Shown here: piece by piece, positions 50,160 to 59,538 of the stretch | Position numbering within the stretch: the first letter of the stretch is position 1 | Layout of the letters: every line of letters begins with the position of its first letter | NCBI GenBank assembly: GCA_964575435.1 | Contig: CAZNRK010000001.1 | Coordinates: 38,145 to 102,144 of the forward strand | DNA length: 64,000 nt | Reading direction: 5' to 3' | DNA from: an uncultured Bacteroides sp. | Lineage (GTDB): Bacteria; Bacteroidota; Bacteroidia; Bacteroidales; Muribaculaceae | Program-made: the position numbers and the translations under genes | The notes under the pieces: model-generated | The model's input: the letters and a program-made list of their open reading frames with translations, nothing else | Databases searched by the model: none | Told to the model about the DNA's origin: nothing

Positions 50160-50675
50160 ATGGGATTCTCAGTAACTTTCCAGCGCAAACCCTCTCAGCG
50201 CTTCGGAGGCATGGCATTGTATTCTTGCATCCTTGAATGCACGAATTTTCTTTTTGGCGAGACTGTGACCGTTGCGCTAATTCCTTCAGATGGCAGCCAG
50301 CCATGGTATTTTCGCGATCTTAAGTTCAGCCCCGGCACAAAGTATGAGTTTTCAAAAGATACGGTCGACTGGGACTGGTACCAGGACGATGTGATAGCCG
50401 TCCTTGATGATGATGGCAAAGTTCAGGAGAGTTGGCGTTTCCACAAAACGGAGTATGGCCCCGGCGAGTGTCCGGATTGCCACGGCACTAAGCGATGCAG
50501 AAACTGCAACGGCCGGGGTTTCTTCATGCCCCGTTTCTCATCCGGTGGGTATGCCTCTTCAATCAACGATTTGCAATGTCAGGCCTGCTCGGGCACCGGA
50601 GTGTGCCAGACGTGCGATATAATGTACCGCAAGCCCAGATTCGGCGGTGGGCCTTCCGGTCTGCGTCCATTCTAA
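50160..50675 (+). CDS. Hypothetical protein with DnaJ-like 8-Cys zinc finger (paralog A)
   Basis: CPDCHGTKRCRNCNGRG...CQACSGTGVCQTC; similar to the next gene. Confidence 0.85.
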   Translation: MGFSVTFQRKPSQRFGGMALYSCILECTNFLFGETVTVALIPSDGSQPWYFRDLKFSPGTKYEFSKDTVDWDWYQDDVIAVLDDDGKVQESWRFHKTEYGPGECPDCHGTKRCRNCNGRGFFMPRFSSGGYASSINDLQCQACSGTGVCQTCDIMYRKPRFGGGPSGLRPF

Positions 50676-50687
50676 AGTTCTGAAGTT

Positions 50688-51425
50688 ATGTCACTTAAAG
50701 GACGTTTTGAATGGGTTGCATCCTCTCGGAAAGGGGGGATGCGCATCATTTCGTTTGTGCTCACTAACGACAATTTTTTCTCCTCAGAAACCTTCAATGC
50801 TGGCATCGTCAATGCACAGACAGGCCAGCTCGGGATGCAGTTTGCCCGACTGAAACTCCAATGCGACAAGAGTCTGAGGTTTGACTATGATACCGTTGAC
50901 TGGGACTGGTGTCAAGGCGATACCTTCGTGATTCTTGACAGCAACGGGCGCGTAAAGCACCATTGGACCCTTCAGGTGCCAGTGCCCCGACCGGGAGAAT
51001 GTGGCGAATGTCACGGCACACACCGCTGCGGAGCCTGCGGAGGGAGTGGGATCATCAGAAATTCCGGTTATGGAGGTTACGCAGACCGTTGCAGCCGATG
51101 TGGCGGCACGGGCATTTGCCAGACCTGCTATGTGCCGGTGCGTGGTGCGTCATCAGCTCATTTCGACTCTCAATCTCCTGTCGATGATTCTGCCATGAGG
51201 CGTACTTTGGAGCGAAAGGCCGCAGATCTTCGTGCACGAATCAGCGAACTCGAGGCCGACGTGCAAAAGGCTGAAAGAGACATCTTTATGTATCAGCTCA
51301 AAGGCATGGATGTGAGCAGTCGCGGAGCCTACATGTCGGTAGTGCAATACAAAACCCAAGTGAGCATCATGCTCACAGATCTGCGCAGCAAGCTCTCTGA
51401 TATTGAGCGGCAACTGCGACAGTAA
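50688..51425 (+). CDS. Hypothetical protein with DnaJ-like 8-Cys zinc finger and C-terminal coiled coil (paralog B)
   Basis: CGECHGTHRCGACGGSG...CSRCGGTGICQTC; heptad-like helical tail. Confidence 0.85.
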   Translation: MSLKGRFEWVASSRKGGMRIISFVLTNDNFFSSETFNAGIVNAQTGQLGMQFARLKLQCDKSLRFDYDTVDWDWCQGDTFVILDSNGRVKHHWTLQVPVPRPGECGECHGTHRCGACGGSGIIRNSGYGGYADRCSRCGGTGICQTCYVPVRGASSAHFDSQSPVDDSAMRRTLERKAADLRARISELEADVQKAERDIFMYQLKGMDVSSRGAYMSVVQYKTQVSIMLTDLRSKLSDIERQLRQ

Positions 51426-51462
51426 TCCTTAGAGATGCGACCTCCGCGTTTGTGGCAGGCTC

Positions 51463-52593
51463 CTATACCGGAATCACGAGCATCGGGATGTCTGCACTAT
51501 AGAGGATTTTGTGAGCCAACGAAGGGTTGAAAAACCGAGAAAAAATGTTTTTCTTTTTGTTGGGAATCACAATCAGGTCGATGCTGTTGTCTTTTTCAAT
51601 GGCTGCAAAATCTTCTTGAATCGAGTCTAAGGAGATTTTGGCAGTCGAGAATGTCATCTGTTTGAAATTTTCGCGGCAGTAATCAGCCAGGACTGAGATG
51701 TTTTTCTCGGAGTTGGACCCGATCAGGCGGCGTTTGGCCGGAATCTGGGTGATAACCACGTGGGGCGAATGGTTGCCGAAGATGCGGTGGAGGGTGTCAA
51801 TGGCCAGGATGTCCTCTTGATCGCCGTTGCCTATGAAAAGGAAATTCTTGATGCGCTCTTTATTGGAATCTTCGTCTCGATGTTCACCGAAACTCTCGGG
51901 TATGGCAAGCACCGTGAAGCGGCATTTGTCGAGAACCTCACCCGTGACGCTGCCAATTATTTCATGCTCTTTGACTGAGGAATTTCTGGTGCCCATCACA
52001 ATGAGAAAAGGTGTGTGGACCTTCGTATAGTCATTTATCGCATCTTCCGGCACACCTTCGACCACGCAAGATGTGAATTTCACAGGCTGCAGCTCGCCGG
52101 ATTTTATCATATTCTTCACCCTCTGCACGAAATGCTTCATGCGCGTTTTTGCAGCCTCCTCGAGGTTGATGCGCGCTTCGGAGTCGGGGAGTTCGTAGTT
52201 AAAGGAGTCGGTGAGCTGGAGGGCACCGGAGACGTAGGGGTCAATGTAGGTGTGGAGGAAGACAATTTCGGTGCGATGAGCGGCTGCGATGGCAAATGCC
52301 ATGCGTGTGGCCATAATCGAGCGGGGAGAAAAATCGACAGGAACCACCACGGGGTGAGTGGAATCTGCGGCTCGGATTCCTGCCACGGGTTCGGCGAAAA
52401 TTTCGCGGTTTTCAATGATGCGCAGGCTCAGGGGCAGATCTTTCTCCCTGATTCTGACCCTTACCCCTGATGAGATCACAGGATGCTCGATATTTACGTT
52501 TCTGAATTCCACCTCAATGCCCTCGCTCTCAAGAAGCGAACGCAAGGCGAGTGCTTTTTCGTAGGTGTGGATGGCAACGGTGATGAATCTCAT
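51463..52593 (-). CDS. Universal stress protein with N-terminal DUF2007-like domain
   Basis: VPVDFS, LIVMGT, GSVT, C-terminal IPMLVIP. Confidence 0.9.
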   Translation of the reverse strand: MRFITVAIHTYEKALALRSLLESEGIEVEFRNVNIEHPVISSGVRVRIREKDLPLSLRIIENREIFAEPVAGIRAADSTHPVVVPVDFSPRSIMATRMAFAIAAAHRTEIVFLHTYIDPYVSGALQLTDSFNYELPDSEARINLEEAAKTRMKHFVQRVKNMIKSGELQPVKFTSCVVEGVPEDAINDYTKVHTPFLIVMGTRNSSVKEHEIIGSVTGEVLDKCRFTVLAIPESFGEHRDEDSNKERIKNFLFIGNGDQEDILAIDTLHRIFGNHSPHVVITQIPAKRRLIGSNSEKNISVLADYCRENFKQMTFSTAKISLDSIQEDFAAIEKDNSIDLIVIPNKKKNIFSRFFNPSLAHKILYSADIPMLVIPV

Positions 52594-52628
52594 AAGTCAG
52601 GAGTTGGAAGTTAAAACAGGAGAAATTT

Positions 52629-52672
52629 TAAAGCCTTGCCCTCCGGCGGGGTGCTCGGGCGGCAAGGCTTTA
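52629..52672 (-). terminator. Strong hairpin, probable terminator or processing site
   Basis: 12-bp stem taaagccttgcc/ggcaaggcttta; weak U tail. Confidence 0.6.
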
Positions 52673-52699
52673 TGAGGGGAGAAAAGTTGAGGCCGGAAA

Positions 52700-52963
52700 T
52701 CAGGCATTTTCGTCAGAAGCCTTCTCGAGGATTTCTACCGCCATGTCGTAGATGGTGGAGTCATCGAGAACGACAATACCGCCGTCGGGACCCGGTTCGA
52801 TGTGTACGCCGCAGTTTTTGCCAAAGTCGTAGTTGCTGCCACCGAAGTAATTACGTACGGTCTGAACAGTGATATTCAGCTTGTCGGCAATGGCGTGCAT
52901 TGAGCCATCGGGAAGGCGATCCTTGAGACGACGCAGGTCGTTAAATGTGATTGTCTTGGTCAT
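52700..52963 (-). CDS. Small conserved HTH DNA-binding protein
   Basis: MTKTITFNDLRRLKD.LP.GS...IA..L..TVQTVRNYFGG; start moved to 52963. Confidence 0.85.
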   Translation of the reverse strand: MTKTITFNDLRRLKDRLPDGSMHAIADKLNITVQTVRNYFGGSNYDFGKNCGVHIEPGPDGGIVVLDDSTIYDMAVEILEKASDENA

Positions 52964-53131
52964 ATCTTTTAGTTTTAGGGTTATGATTTTCGGGTGGTTT
53001 TGTAATTCGCTTATAAAGTTACAGCCACATTTTGGATTTGCCAAATTATTTGAGGATTAATTTTTTATGTTTTAAAACATATTTTTGGTAATCCTCCGGT
53101 AACTATTTTAAAATCAATAAATTACAAATTA

Positions 53132-53923
53132 TCAAATTTTTTCGATGTCCGAGGCGCGCACCCATGCGCGAGTGGAATTGTTGACTTTGACGTCGTACCA
53201 GAGTCCGGAGGCCCCTTCCGATGATATCGAGAGCGAGTCGATGACCTCAAGACGCGTGCCCTCATGTACCGGAATCACCTTATCGTCTTTGGCCACCGCG
53301 CCGGGCGATGTGGTGAGATTGGCCGTTGGGGTGATTACCACAGCTATGTCGTGGCTATCGTAGCGATGCGAAGCGCTCCAAGCGCATATCATAAAATATA
53401 TCCAGACGAAGAAGAGGATAATCGAACCGAAAAATCCGATTTTGCGCAGCCCGACAGAGCCGGTGAAGATGTACAGAGCCAAACACCCCAGCATGACCAA
53501 GAAGACACCAAACGTCGTCCAGGCCCATGCATCAGGAGCCATGCCTGCCACAACGCTTTCGTGCAGGTTACCGAGAAATGATGAATCGTCCTCGGGTTTA
53601 TCAAGGATTTTTGTGTTGACGAAATCCAGGTTGGTGCGCGCATCCTTCAGCGATGGGTCAAGGGAGAGGGCACGCTCGTAAAAAATCACAGCGCGGCCGA
53701 GTTTGCCGAGTCTGTAGTAGGCGTTGCCGAGGTTATAATATACCACGGCCGAGGGACCGTTGTCGTTGATTGACTTATGATAGAGGCGTACGGCCGATTC
53801 GTAGTCGCGAGCATTATAGGCGGAATCTGCCGTCAGGGCAGACGTGCGGTCATCGCCGGCCAAAGCTACGGCTATGCTGAAGACGATGAACGAAAGAAAG
53901 AAAAGTAAGCGTCGCATAATCAT
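53132..53923 (-). CDS. batE: BatE (TPR + TM + SH3-like)
   Basis: YYNLGNAYYR TPR, two TM helices, HEGT..W SH3-like end; last gene of the bat operon. Confidence 0.9.
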   Translation of the reverse strand: MIMRRLLFFLSFIVFSIAVALAGDDRTSALTADSAYNARDYESAVRLYHKSINDNGPSAVVYYNLGNAYYRLGKLGRAVIFYERALSLDPSLKDARTNLDFVNTKILDKPEDDSSFLGNLHESVVAGMAPDAWAWTTFGVFLVMLGCLALYIFTGSVGLRKIGFFGSIILFFVWIYFMICAWSASHRYDSHDIAVVITPTANLTTSPGAVAKDDKVIPVHEGTRLEVIDSLSISSEGASGLWYDVKVNNSTRAWVRASDIEKI

Positions 53924-55725
53924 TTCTTTATGTTTTCAATTTGACGGATGGCCGAGGCGGCTTTGTCGTAAAGCGACGACATCTCGGCATTGTCGTGCGA
54001 GGGAGTGAACCGCGCCATCTCGCATTCGTCAAGAATGGAGATAATATCGTTGATTGTTTGCTCATCGGCGCCGTAAGCGGTGAGTTTCTCTGCAATATTG
54101 TCGCGCACAAGGCCTGAGGCCGGGATGCCGAGCTTGTTGCTGAGATAGCCCCATAGAGCTCCATTGAGAGCTTCGTGAAAGCCGTCCCAATCACCTTTAT
54201 CCATCAGTCTTCGAGCCTCGCGCAGGCGTTTTGTGGCTTCTTTGTTGGCACGGGCGCGTTTGCGCGACACCACGTCAGCATTTAGCTTAAGCTGTCGGCG
54301 GTACACGAAGATCACAATCACAAGGCTCAGAATCGAGAGGATATACATCAATGTGTACCACCCGGAGCGGAACGCGAACGAGTGCTCCTTTTGCTGGTTT
54401 TGCGGGTCAGAGGGGCGAATGTGCAGAATGTCTGAGATTCCCTTTTTGATTGAGGTCTGCTCGGTGGCTACTGAAGTTCCGGCCCCCTGAGCCACTTTGA
54501 TTGCAAAGGGGTCAACTGTGATTGTTTTGTATTCCTTGTCAGCGATGTCAAAGTAAGAGAACTCCGTGGCCGGAATGGTGAAATTGCCTGGCTGCTGAGG
54601 CACAAGTGTGTAAGTCACCTTGTAGGTGCCGGCAATGGTCGAGCCGTTGAATTTCGCGTCAATGTCGGTTTTGGGTGTGTATTGATCAATACCGGAAGGG
54701 AGGTCGAGGGTGGGGGATTTGAGATATTTGATGTTGCCCGAGCCCTTGACGGTGAAGACATAAGATGCTGCCTCGTTGGTTTTCAGCTCTGTGGGGTCGA
54801 GGGTTGCTGAGGCCGTGTATGTGCCCACGGCGCCGTTAAAGGATGCCGGTTGGGGCTGGGGCAGGGGAGTCACATTGATTGTTGCCGTATTAGAGCGGGT
54901 GAGCAGTTGGTCTTCGACCGGTCGGCGAGTTGAGAAGAATCCGTTGCTGACAAGCTCGTATCGCACGACAGTGACCTCATATGTGCCGGAATTGATGGTG
55001 AGTTTTCCGGTTTTTTGAGGGAAGATGATGCAACGTTTGAGCACGGCTGTGGTGTAATTCTGGCCATTATAGTGCTCTTGCTCCACTTGTTGAGGCACGT
55101 CGAGCTCCTCAGACAGGAAGCCCTCGAAGGTGGGCTGCTGCGTGGCGCGAAATGAGGATATATTGTATTTGGTGTAAACCTTCACGGTGGCGATCACGGC
55201 CTCTTGTTCGTAAACAGTGGATTTATTCAGCGAAACGCGCACGAAAAGGTCGTCAGGCGAGATTTTGCGGTCAGGTGTTTGGGTGGCGTAGTCGTTGACA
55301 TCCACTCCGGAGCCTCCTTGCGAAGGGGCGTTTTTATCAGGCGGAAGAATCGTGAATCGAGCCGAAGACGAGGTCAGCTGCTTGCCATCACAATTGACGC
55401 TCACAGCCGGCACTGTCACAGTCCCTGCCTTATCTGCACGGTAGGTGAATGTGTAAGTGACTGAAGTCGAGGAGGTTTGCTGGCCGTTGATCCACTGGAT
55501 CGACGACATCGTGGAGGTCGAGGGGCCGTAGAGCAGCTTACAGTTTTCCAGTTCCGGTGCCTTGGGCGGATTGGCCTCCCCGTTGCGAAGCTCAAAAGAG
55601 AGCGTAAAGCGGTTGCCCTCTACCACTTGCCTCGGGGCCTTAAGGTTGAATGAGGCCTGTGCCAAGACCACCGGAGCCATGCCGAGGATTATAAATATTA
55701 AGATGAAACGCTTGAGAAAAAGCAT
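53920..55725 (-). CDS. batD: BatD
   Basis: Signal peptide, SIQWING, GAVG, G.GN, C-terminal TM and CE.ARF; operon position. Confidence 0.92.
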   Translation of the reverse strand: MLFLKRFILIFIILGMAPVVLAQASFNLKAPRQVVEGNRFTLSFELRNGEANPPKAPELENCKLLYGPSTSTMSSIQWINGQQTSSTSVTYTFTYRADKAGTVTVPAVSVNCDGKQLTSSSARFTILPPDKNAPSQGGSGVDVNDYATQTPDRKISPDDLFVRVSLNKSTVYEQEAVIATVKVYTKYNISSFRATQQPTFEGFLSEELDVPQQVEQEHYNGQNYTTAVLKRCIIFPQKTGKLTINSGTYEVTVVRYELVSNGFFSTRRPVEDQLLTRSNTATINVTPLPQPQPASFNGAVGTYTASATLDPTELKTNEAASYVFTVKGSGNIKYLKSPTLDLPSGIDQYTPKTDIDAKFNGSTIAGTYKVTYTLVPQQPGNFTIPATEFSYFDIADKEYKTITVDPFAIKVAQGAGTSVATEQTSIKKGISDILHIRPSDPQNQQKEHSFAFRSGWYTLMYILSILSLVIVIFVYRRQLKLNADVVSRKRARANKEATKRLREARRLMDKGDWDGFHEALNGALWGYLSNKLGIPASGLVRDNIAEKLTAYGADEQTINDIISILDECEMARFTPSHDNAEMSSLYDKAASAIRQIENIKK

Positions 55726-55824
55726 ATTATATGGCGACCTTGAATAAAATTTGAGATGAAGGATTTATTTTGTTGGGAAGCACCCCGGTGCGGCCATTTT
55801 AGCGGTGGGAGTGGTTATGGTGGT

Positions 55825-56511
55825 TTACCAGGGCTTGTCGGTGCCGCGGCCTGTGGCAGGGCGCTCTTCTTGCTTGGCTTTTTCGCGAGTTTGATTCTCG
55901 CGGTTTTGCATGGTTTGGAGTATCTGCTCTGCGTTGGCGCTCATTTCTTGCTGTTGTTGCTGTTGTTGCTGCTGTTGTTGTTGATCTTGTTGTTGCTGTT
56001 GCTCCTGATCCTGCTGGTCCTGGTTCTGGTCCTGATTTTGGTCATTTTCCGGCAACTTCAACTGGGCCACACGGAGATTTTCACGAGCGTGCATGTTGGC
56101 GGGATTGCTGCGGAGCACCTTTTTATAATAGTCGATGCTTTTGGCGTAGTCTTGCTGATGGAAGGCCAGATTGCCCAGATTGTAATATGACTTTTCTTTT
56201 ATCGAAGGGTCAGAGGCCGTCTTTCCCAAATCTTCATATAGCTTGGTGGCATCGGCAAGATTTTGAGAAGAGGAATCGTTGGGGTTGGAGAGCTTGACCA
56301 GAGTCACAGCCTTGTTAAACCTTGCTGCATCGGAAGTCGGAGCAATCCCCAAGGCCTCGTTGTAGAGCCGCAGAGCCGCTGCGTAGTTGCCTTTATTAAA
56401 CTGCGCGTTGCCATCCTTTACAAGATTGCGTTCCATTTTCGTCGTTTCAGCCGAAGCTGAGACTGACACCGAGGCAAGGATCAAGAGGAATATATATTTT
56501 AATGTGTTCAT
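55825..56511 (-). CDS. batC: BatC (TPR, Gln-rich linker)
   Basis: TPRs, poly-Q/N linker, C-terminal KPW. Confidence 0.9.
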   Translation of the reverse strand: MNTLKYIFLLILASVSVSASAETTKMERNLVKDGNAQFNKGNYAAALRLYNEALGIAPTSDAARFNKAVTLVKLSNPNDSSSQNLADATKLYEDLGKTASDPSIKEKSYYNLGNLAFHQQDYAKSIDYYKKVLRSNPANMHARENLRVAQLKLPENDQNQDQNQDQQDQEQQQQQDQQQQQQQQQQQQEMSANAEQILQTMQNRENQTREKAKQEERPATGRGTDKPW

Positions 56512-57545
56512 TTTTCTTTAGTGAAGAAATTGATTTTTTTCAGCCAACCGCTCTTGCGATCAAGCACCACGAAATCTATAACCAAAAGGATCAAAGCCAG
56601 CCACGCAAAAGTGGGGAATTGCTCTGCACCGGCCTTGTATTCCACTTTTTTGAATTCTGTCTTGTCAAGAGAGTCCAGAGCCTCGGTGAGTGCGGAGAGG
56701 GCTTTGTTGGACGAGCCGTTGACGTAGACGCCGTTGCCTGCCTCGGCGATGGCTTTGGCAGCTGCCTCGTCAAATGTGGTCATCACCACCCGATCTTCGT
56801 TATCCCGCAGGAATTCTCCCCTTCCGATAGGTATAGGGGCACCCTTTGCCGAGCCCACACCGATCACATCCACTTGGATTCCTTTCTCCGAAGCGTCTTT
56901 AGCGGCTTTGATTGCATCGCCTTCATGGTTTTCGGCATCGGTGATGAGAATCACGGCTTTGTGCACTTTATCGTCGGCCGAGAAATTATGCACCGACATG
57001 TTGATGGCGTCTGTTATCGATGTGCCTTGAAACTGTACGAGCTTGGGTGATAGATCGTTAAGGTACATTTTTGCGGTATAGAAATCCGTAGTGAGAGGGA
57101 GCTGGGTTTTAGCCTCACCGGCAAAGACCACCAGACCCACCTTGTCGTTTCCAAGCTCGCCGATGAGCTTTTCAAGCAGCAGGCGAGCGCGATCAAGGCG
57201 CGAAATGCCGTCGGGATTGTCGTTAGACGAGGCGAGCATCGAATTCGACACGTCAAAGGCAATCATGATCTCAATGCCTGAGATTCGGCTCTGTCGAGCC
57301 TCCTTTTCGCCGTAGCGCGGACGAGCCAGAACCATGACCAGAGCCGCAATGGCTAAGAGCTGCAGCACGATTTTCACTTTCGGCTTATACGTCGAGGCAT
57401 CCGGCATCAGAGCATCGAGCACTCCGATGCGTCCGAAACGCCGGAGGTTGCGGTTGCGTGAAGCTCGTGCCCACCAGAACAGGAGGGCAAAAAGCAACAC
57501 TGTGCCAAATAAATATAGGAGATATGGATATGCGAAATCAAACAT
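56508..57545 (-). CDS. batB: BatB (vWA domain)
   Basis: LARP, DVSNSM MIDAS, PLTTD, ITDAENH; start moved to MFDFAYP. Confidence 0.92.
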   Translation of the reverse strand: MFDFAYPYLLYLFGTVLLFALLFWWARASRNRNLRRFGRIGVLDALMPDASTYKPKVKIVLQLLAIAALVMVLARPRYGEKEARQSRISGIEIMIAFDVSNSMLASSNDNPDGISRLDRARLLLEKLIGELGNDKVGLVVFAGEAKTQLPLTTDFYTAKMYLNDLSPKLVQFQGTSITDAINMSVHNFSADDKVHKAVILITDAENHEGDAIKAAKDASEKGIQVDVIGVGSAKGAPIPIGRGEFLRDNEDRVVMTTFDEAAAKAIAEAGNGVYVNGSSNKALSALTEALDSLDKTEFKKVEYKAGAEQFPTFAWLALILLVIDFVVLDRKSGWLKKINFFTKEK

Positions 57546-57568
57546 TTGAGTGATAGATATTGTAGGGA

Positions 57569-58552
57569 TCAGGGTATATTTCTCAGCACGGTGTAGCGGC
57601 ACAAAAGCTCAAGACACACCAGGCCGAAAGCTATCCATGCAAAGAGCATATAATCGTCTTCGGTGTGCGAGAAGTGCTTGACATCCATGCGGGTTTTTTC
57701 GAGTCGGTCAATTTCGGCAAAGACTTCTTCCAGCACTTTATTGCCCGTGGCGCGGAAATATTTGCCACCGGTGGCGTCGGCAATTTGCTGCAAAGTGGCT
57801 TCATCGATCACCACTTTCTGCGGCTGAAACTCCATGCCGAAAGGAGTCATGACCGGCGATGGTGCCATGCCGTTGGTGCCGATGCCTATTGTGTAGATGC
57901 GCACGCCAAGCTCTTTTGCCACCTCGGCAGCCGTCAGGGGTGCAACCACACCTGTGTTGTTTGAGCCGTCGGTAATGAGGATGATGCTGCGGCTCTTGGC
58001 TTTGCCTTCCTTCAGGCGGTTGAGCGATGTGGCAATGCCATCGCCGATGGCGGTGCCGTCGGGGAGAATGTTCATTTTGATGCTGTTGATGTAGTTCAAC
58101 AGCATTGAGCGGTCCACGGTCATGGGCAGCCCCGTTAGGCTCTCGCCGGCAAAGATTACCACACCGATATTGTCGTCGGTGCGCTGGCTCACGAAGCGTC
58201 CGGCCACAGTTTTAGCTGCCTCCAGACGGTCCGGCTTGAAGTCTTTTGCGAGCATACTCGACGACACGTCAAGAGCAATCATGATGTCGGTGCCCTCGGT
58301 GTGGGTGGTGCGCCAGTTGTCTTTGATTTGCGGACGGGCAAGAATCACGATCAGGCACCCGATAGCGGCAAACCTCATCACCACGGTGAGATACCGCAGA
58401 TACACCTTCCACGACCTTCCCACCCCTGCAAAGGGCGACAGGGACGACATGCCAAGCGATGCTTGAGCCTCGCGATGCTTGAGCACGTACCAAACAATCA
58501 TTGGCACGTAGATCAAGAAAAGCCAAAAATATTTCGGATGTGCGAATTGCAT
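57569..58552 (-). CDS. batA: BatA (vWA domain)
   Basis: LARPQ, DVSSSM MIDAS, GTAIG, TDGSNN, TGGKYFRAT. Confidence 0.95.
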   Translation of the reverse strand: MQFAHPKYFWLFLIYVPMIVWYVLKHREAQASLGMSSLSPFAGVGRSWKVYLRYLTVVMRFAAIGCLIVILARPQIKDNWRTTHTEGTDIMIALDVSSSMLAKDFKPDRLEAAKTVAGRFVSQRTDDNIGVVIFAGESLTGLPMTVDRSMLLNYINSIKMNILPDGTAIGDGIATSLNRLKEGKAKSRSIILITDGSNNTGVVAPLTAAEVAKELGVRIYTIGIGTNGMAPSPVMTPFGMEFQPQKVVIDEATLQQIADATGGKYFRATGNKVLEEVFAEIDRLEKTRMDVKHFSHTEDDYMLFAWIAFGLVCLELLCRYTVLRNIP

Positions 58553-58558
58553 TTACAG

Positions 58559-59536
58559 TTATTGTTTTGATTTTGATGTAGCAGCCTCGGCCTCTGGCTC
58601 GGGGACAGGTTTGGTGTCCTCCACGAAGCGGCGCACCATATTATATGTCTTCTGCGCGTCTTCTTGAGGCGGACGCATAGCGGCAAATTTCACAAAGTCG
58701 GCCAGTGAGAGCACTTGCTGGATCTGCTCGGCCGTGAGGCGTGTTTCCTTATTTTCGCGCAGGCTGCGGAGGATATCGGTGGTCGACATCTCCATGGCGT
58801 TGATGCCGAAGCGGCCATCGATGTATTGGCGCAGGATGTCGGTAAGCTCGGTAAAGTAAACTTTCGACGATGCAGAGGAAATCATTCCGCTTGCCTTCAG
58901 ATTTTCAAGGCGACGCATGGCTCGCTCGTACGGGGGCTCGGGCTTGGGAGAAGAGAAGATGTTCGGGCCGTTTTTCTTGTATAAGAGGTAGATGACCACA
59001 CCAAGAGCCACGACCACCAGCCCCAGAAGCACCCAAAGCGACCAGCCGGGGATGAAGTCGTACCACTTCGCCGGAATCTTCACTACGGTCTCTTCAGGGT
59101 GAATGGTCAGGTTCTCCACGTCCTCCGGATTGCCAAGCTCGGGACTTAGTTCCACAGCCAGGACTTTAAAGGTCAGAGGTTCGCTCTTTGTGGTATCGCC
59201 ATTGAGCACGTAAGCAAATCCCGGAAGCGTCACAACCTCAGGGTCGAAAGCCTGCATGGAGAGGCGGTAGGTAATGTGCCTGAGACCTGAGCCGGTGTCA
59301 GCAGTGTCGGCTTGCCAGGATGAGAGCTCCATGCCGTGATAGTCCGTTTCTTTTTCCGGAAGCACGAGCCGGCCTGTAGGGTCGGGAGTGAAGACCTCCA
59401 CGGTGACTGTGGTGCGGTCGCCCATCACCAGAGTGGTGGAATCGGCAGCCGCCCTTACTTTCACCTGAGCGCGCATCGGGGCAGCCACGCCCATCAGGAG
59501 CAGCAGGGGAAGGAAATATCTAAGTATACGATTCAT
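58559..59536 (-). CDS. Bat-operon associated membrane protein (Ig-like domain, TM, helical C-terminus)
   Basis: Signal peptide, central TM, AMEMST and ADFVKFA motifs; between DUF58 and batA. Confidence 0.85.
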   Translation of the reverse strand: MNRILRYFLPLLLLMGVAAPMRAQVKVRAAADSTTLVMGDRTTVTVEVFTPDPTGRLVLPEKETDYHGMELSSWQADTADTGSGLRHITYRLSMQAFDPEVVTLPGFAYVLNGDTTKSEPLTFKVLAVELSPELGNPEDVENLTIHPEETVVKIPAKWYDFIPGWSLWVLLGLVVVALGVVIYLLYKKNGPNIFSSPKPEPPYERAMRRLENLKASGMISSASSKVYFTELTDILRQYIDGRFGINAMEMSTTDILRSLRENKETRLTAEQIQQVLSLADFVKFAAMRPPQEDAQKTYNMVRRFVEDTKPVPEPEAEAATSKSKQ

Positions 59537-59538
59537 AA

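Noticed and set aside
55945-56045. CAA/CAG-rich microsatellite and the poly-Leu antisense ORF 55756-56190
   Set aside because: Encodes the usual Gln-rich linker of BatC
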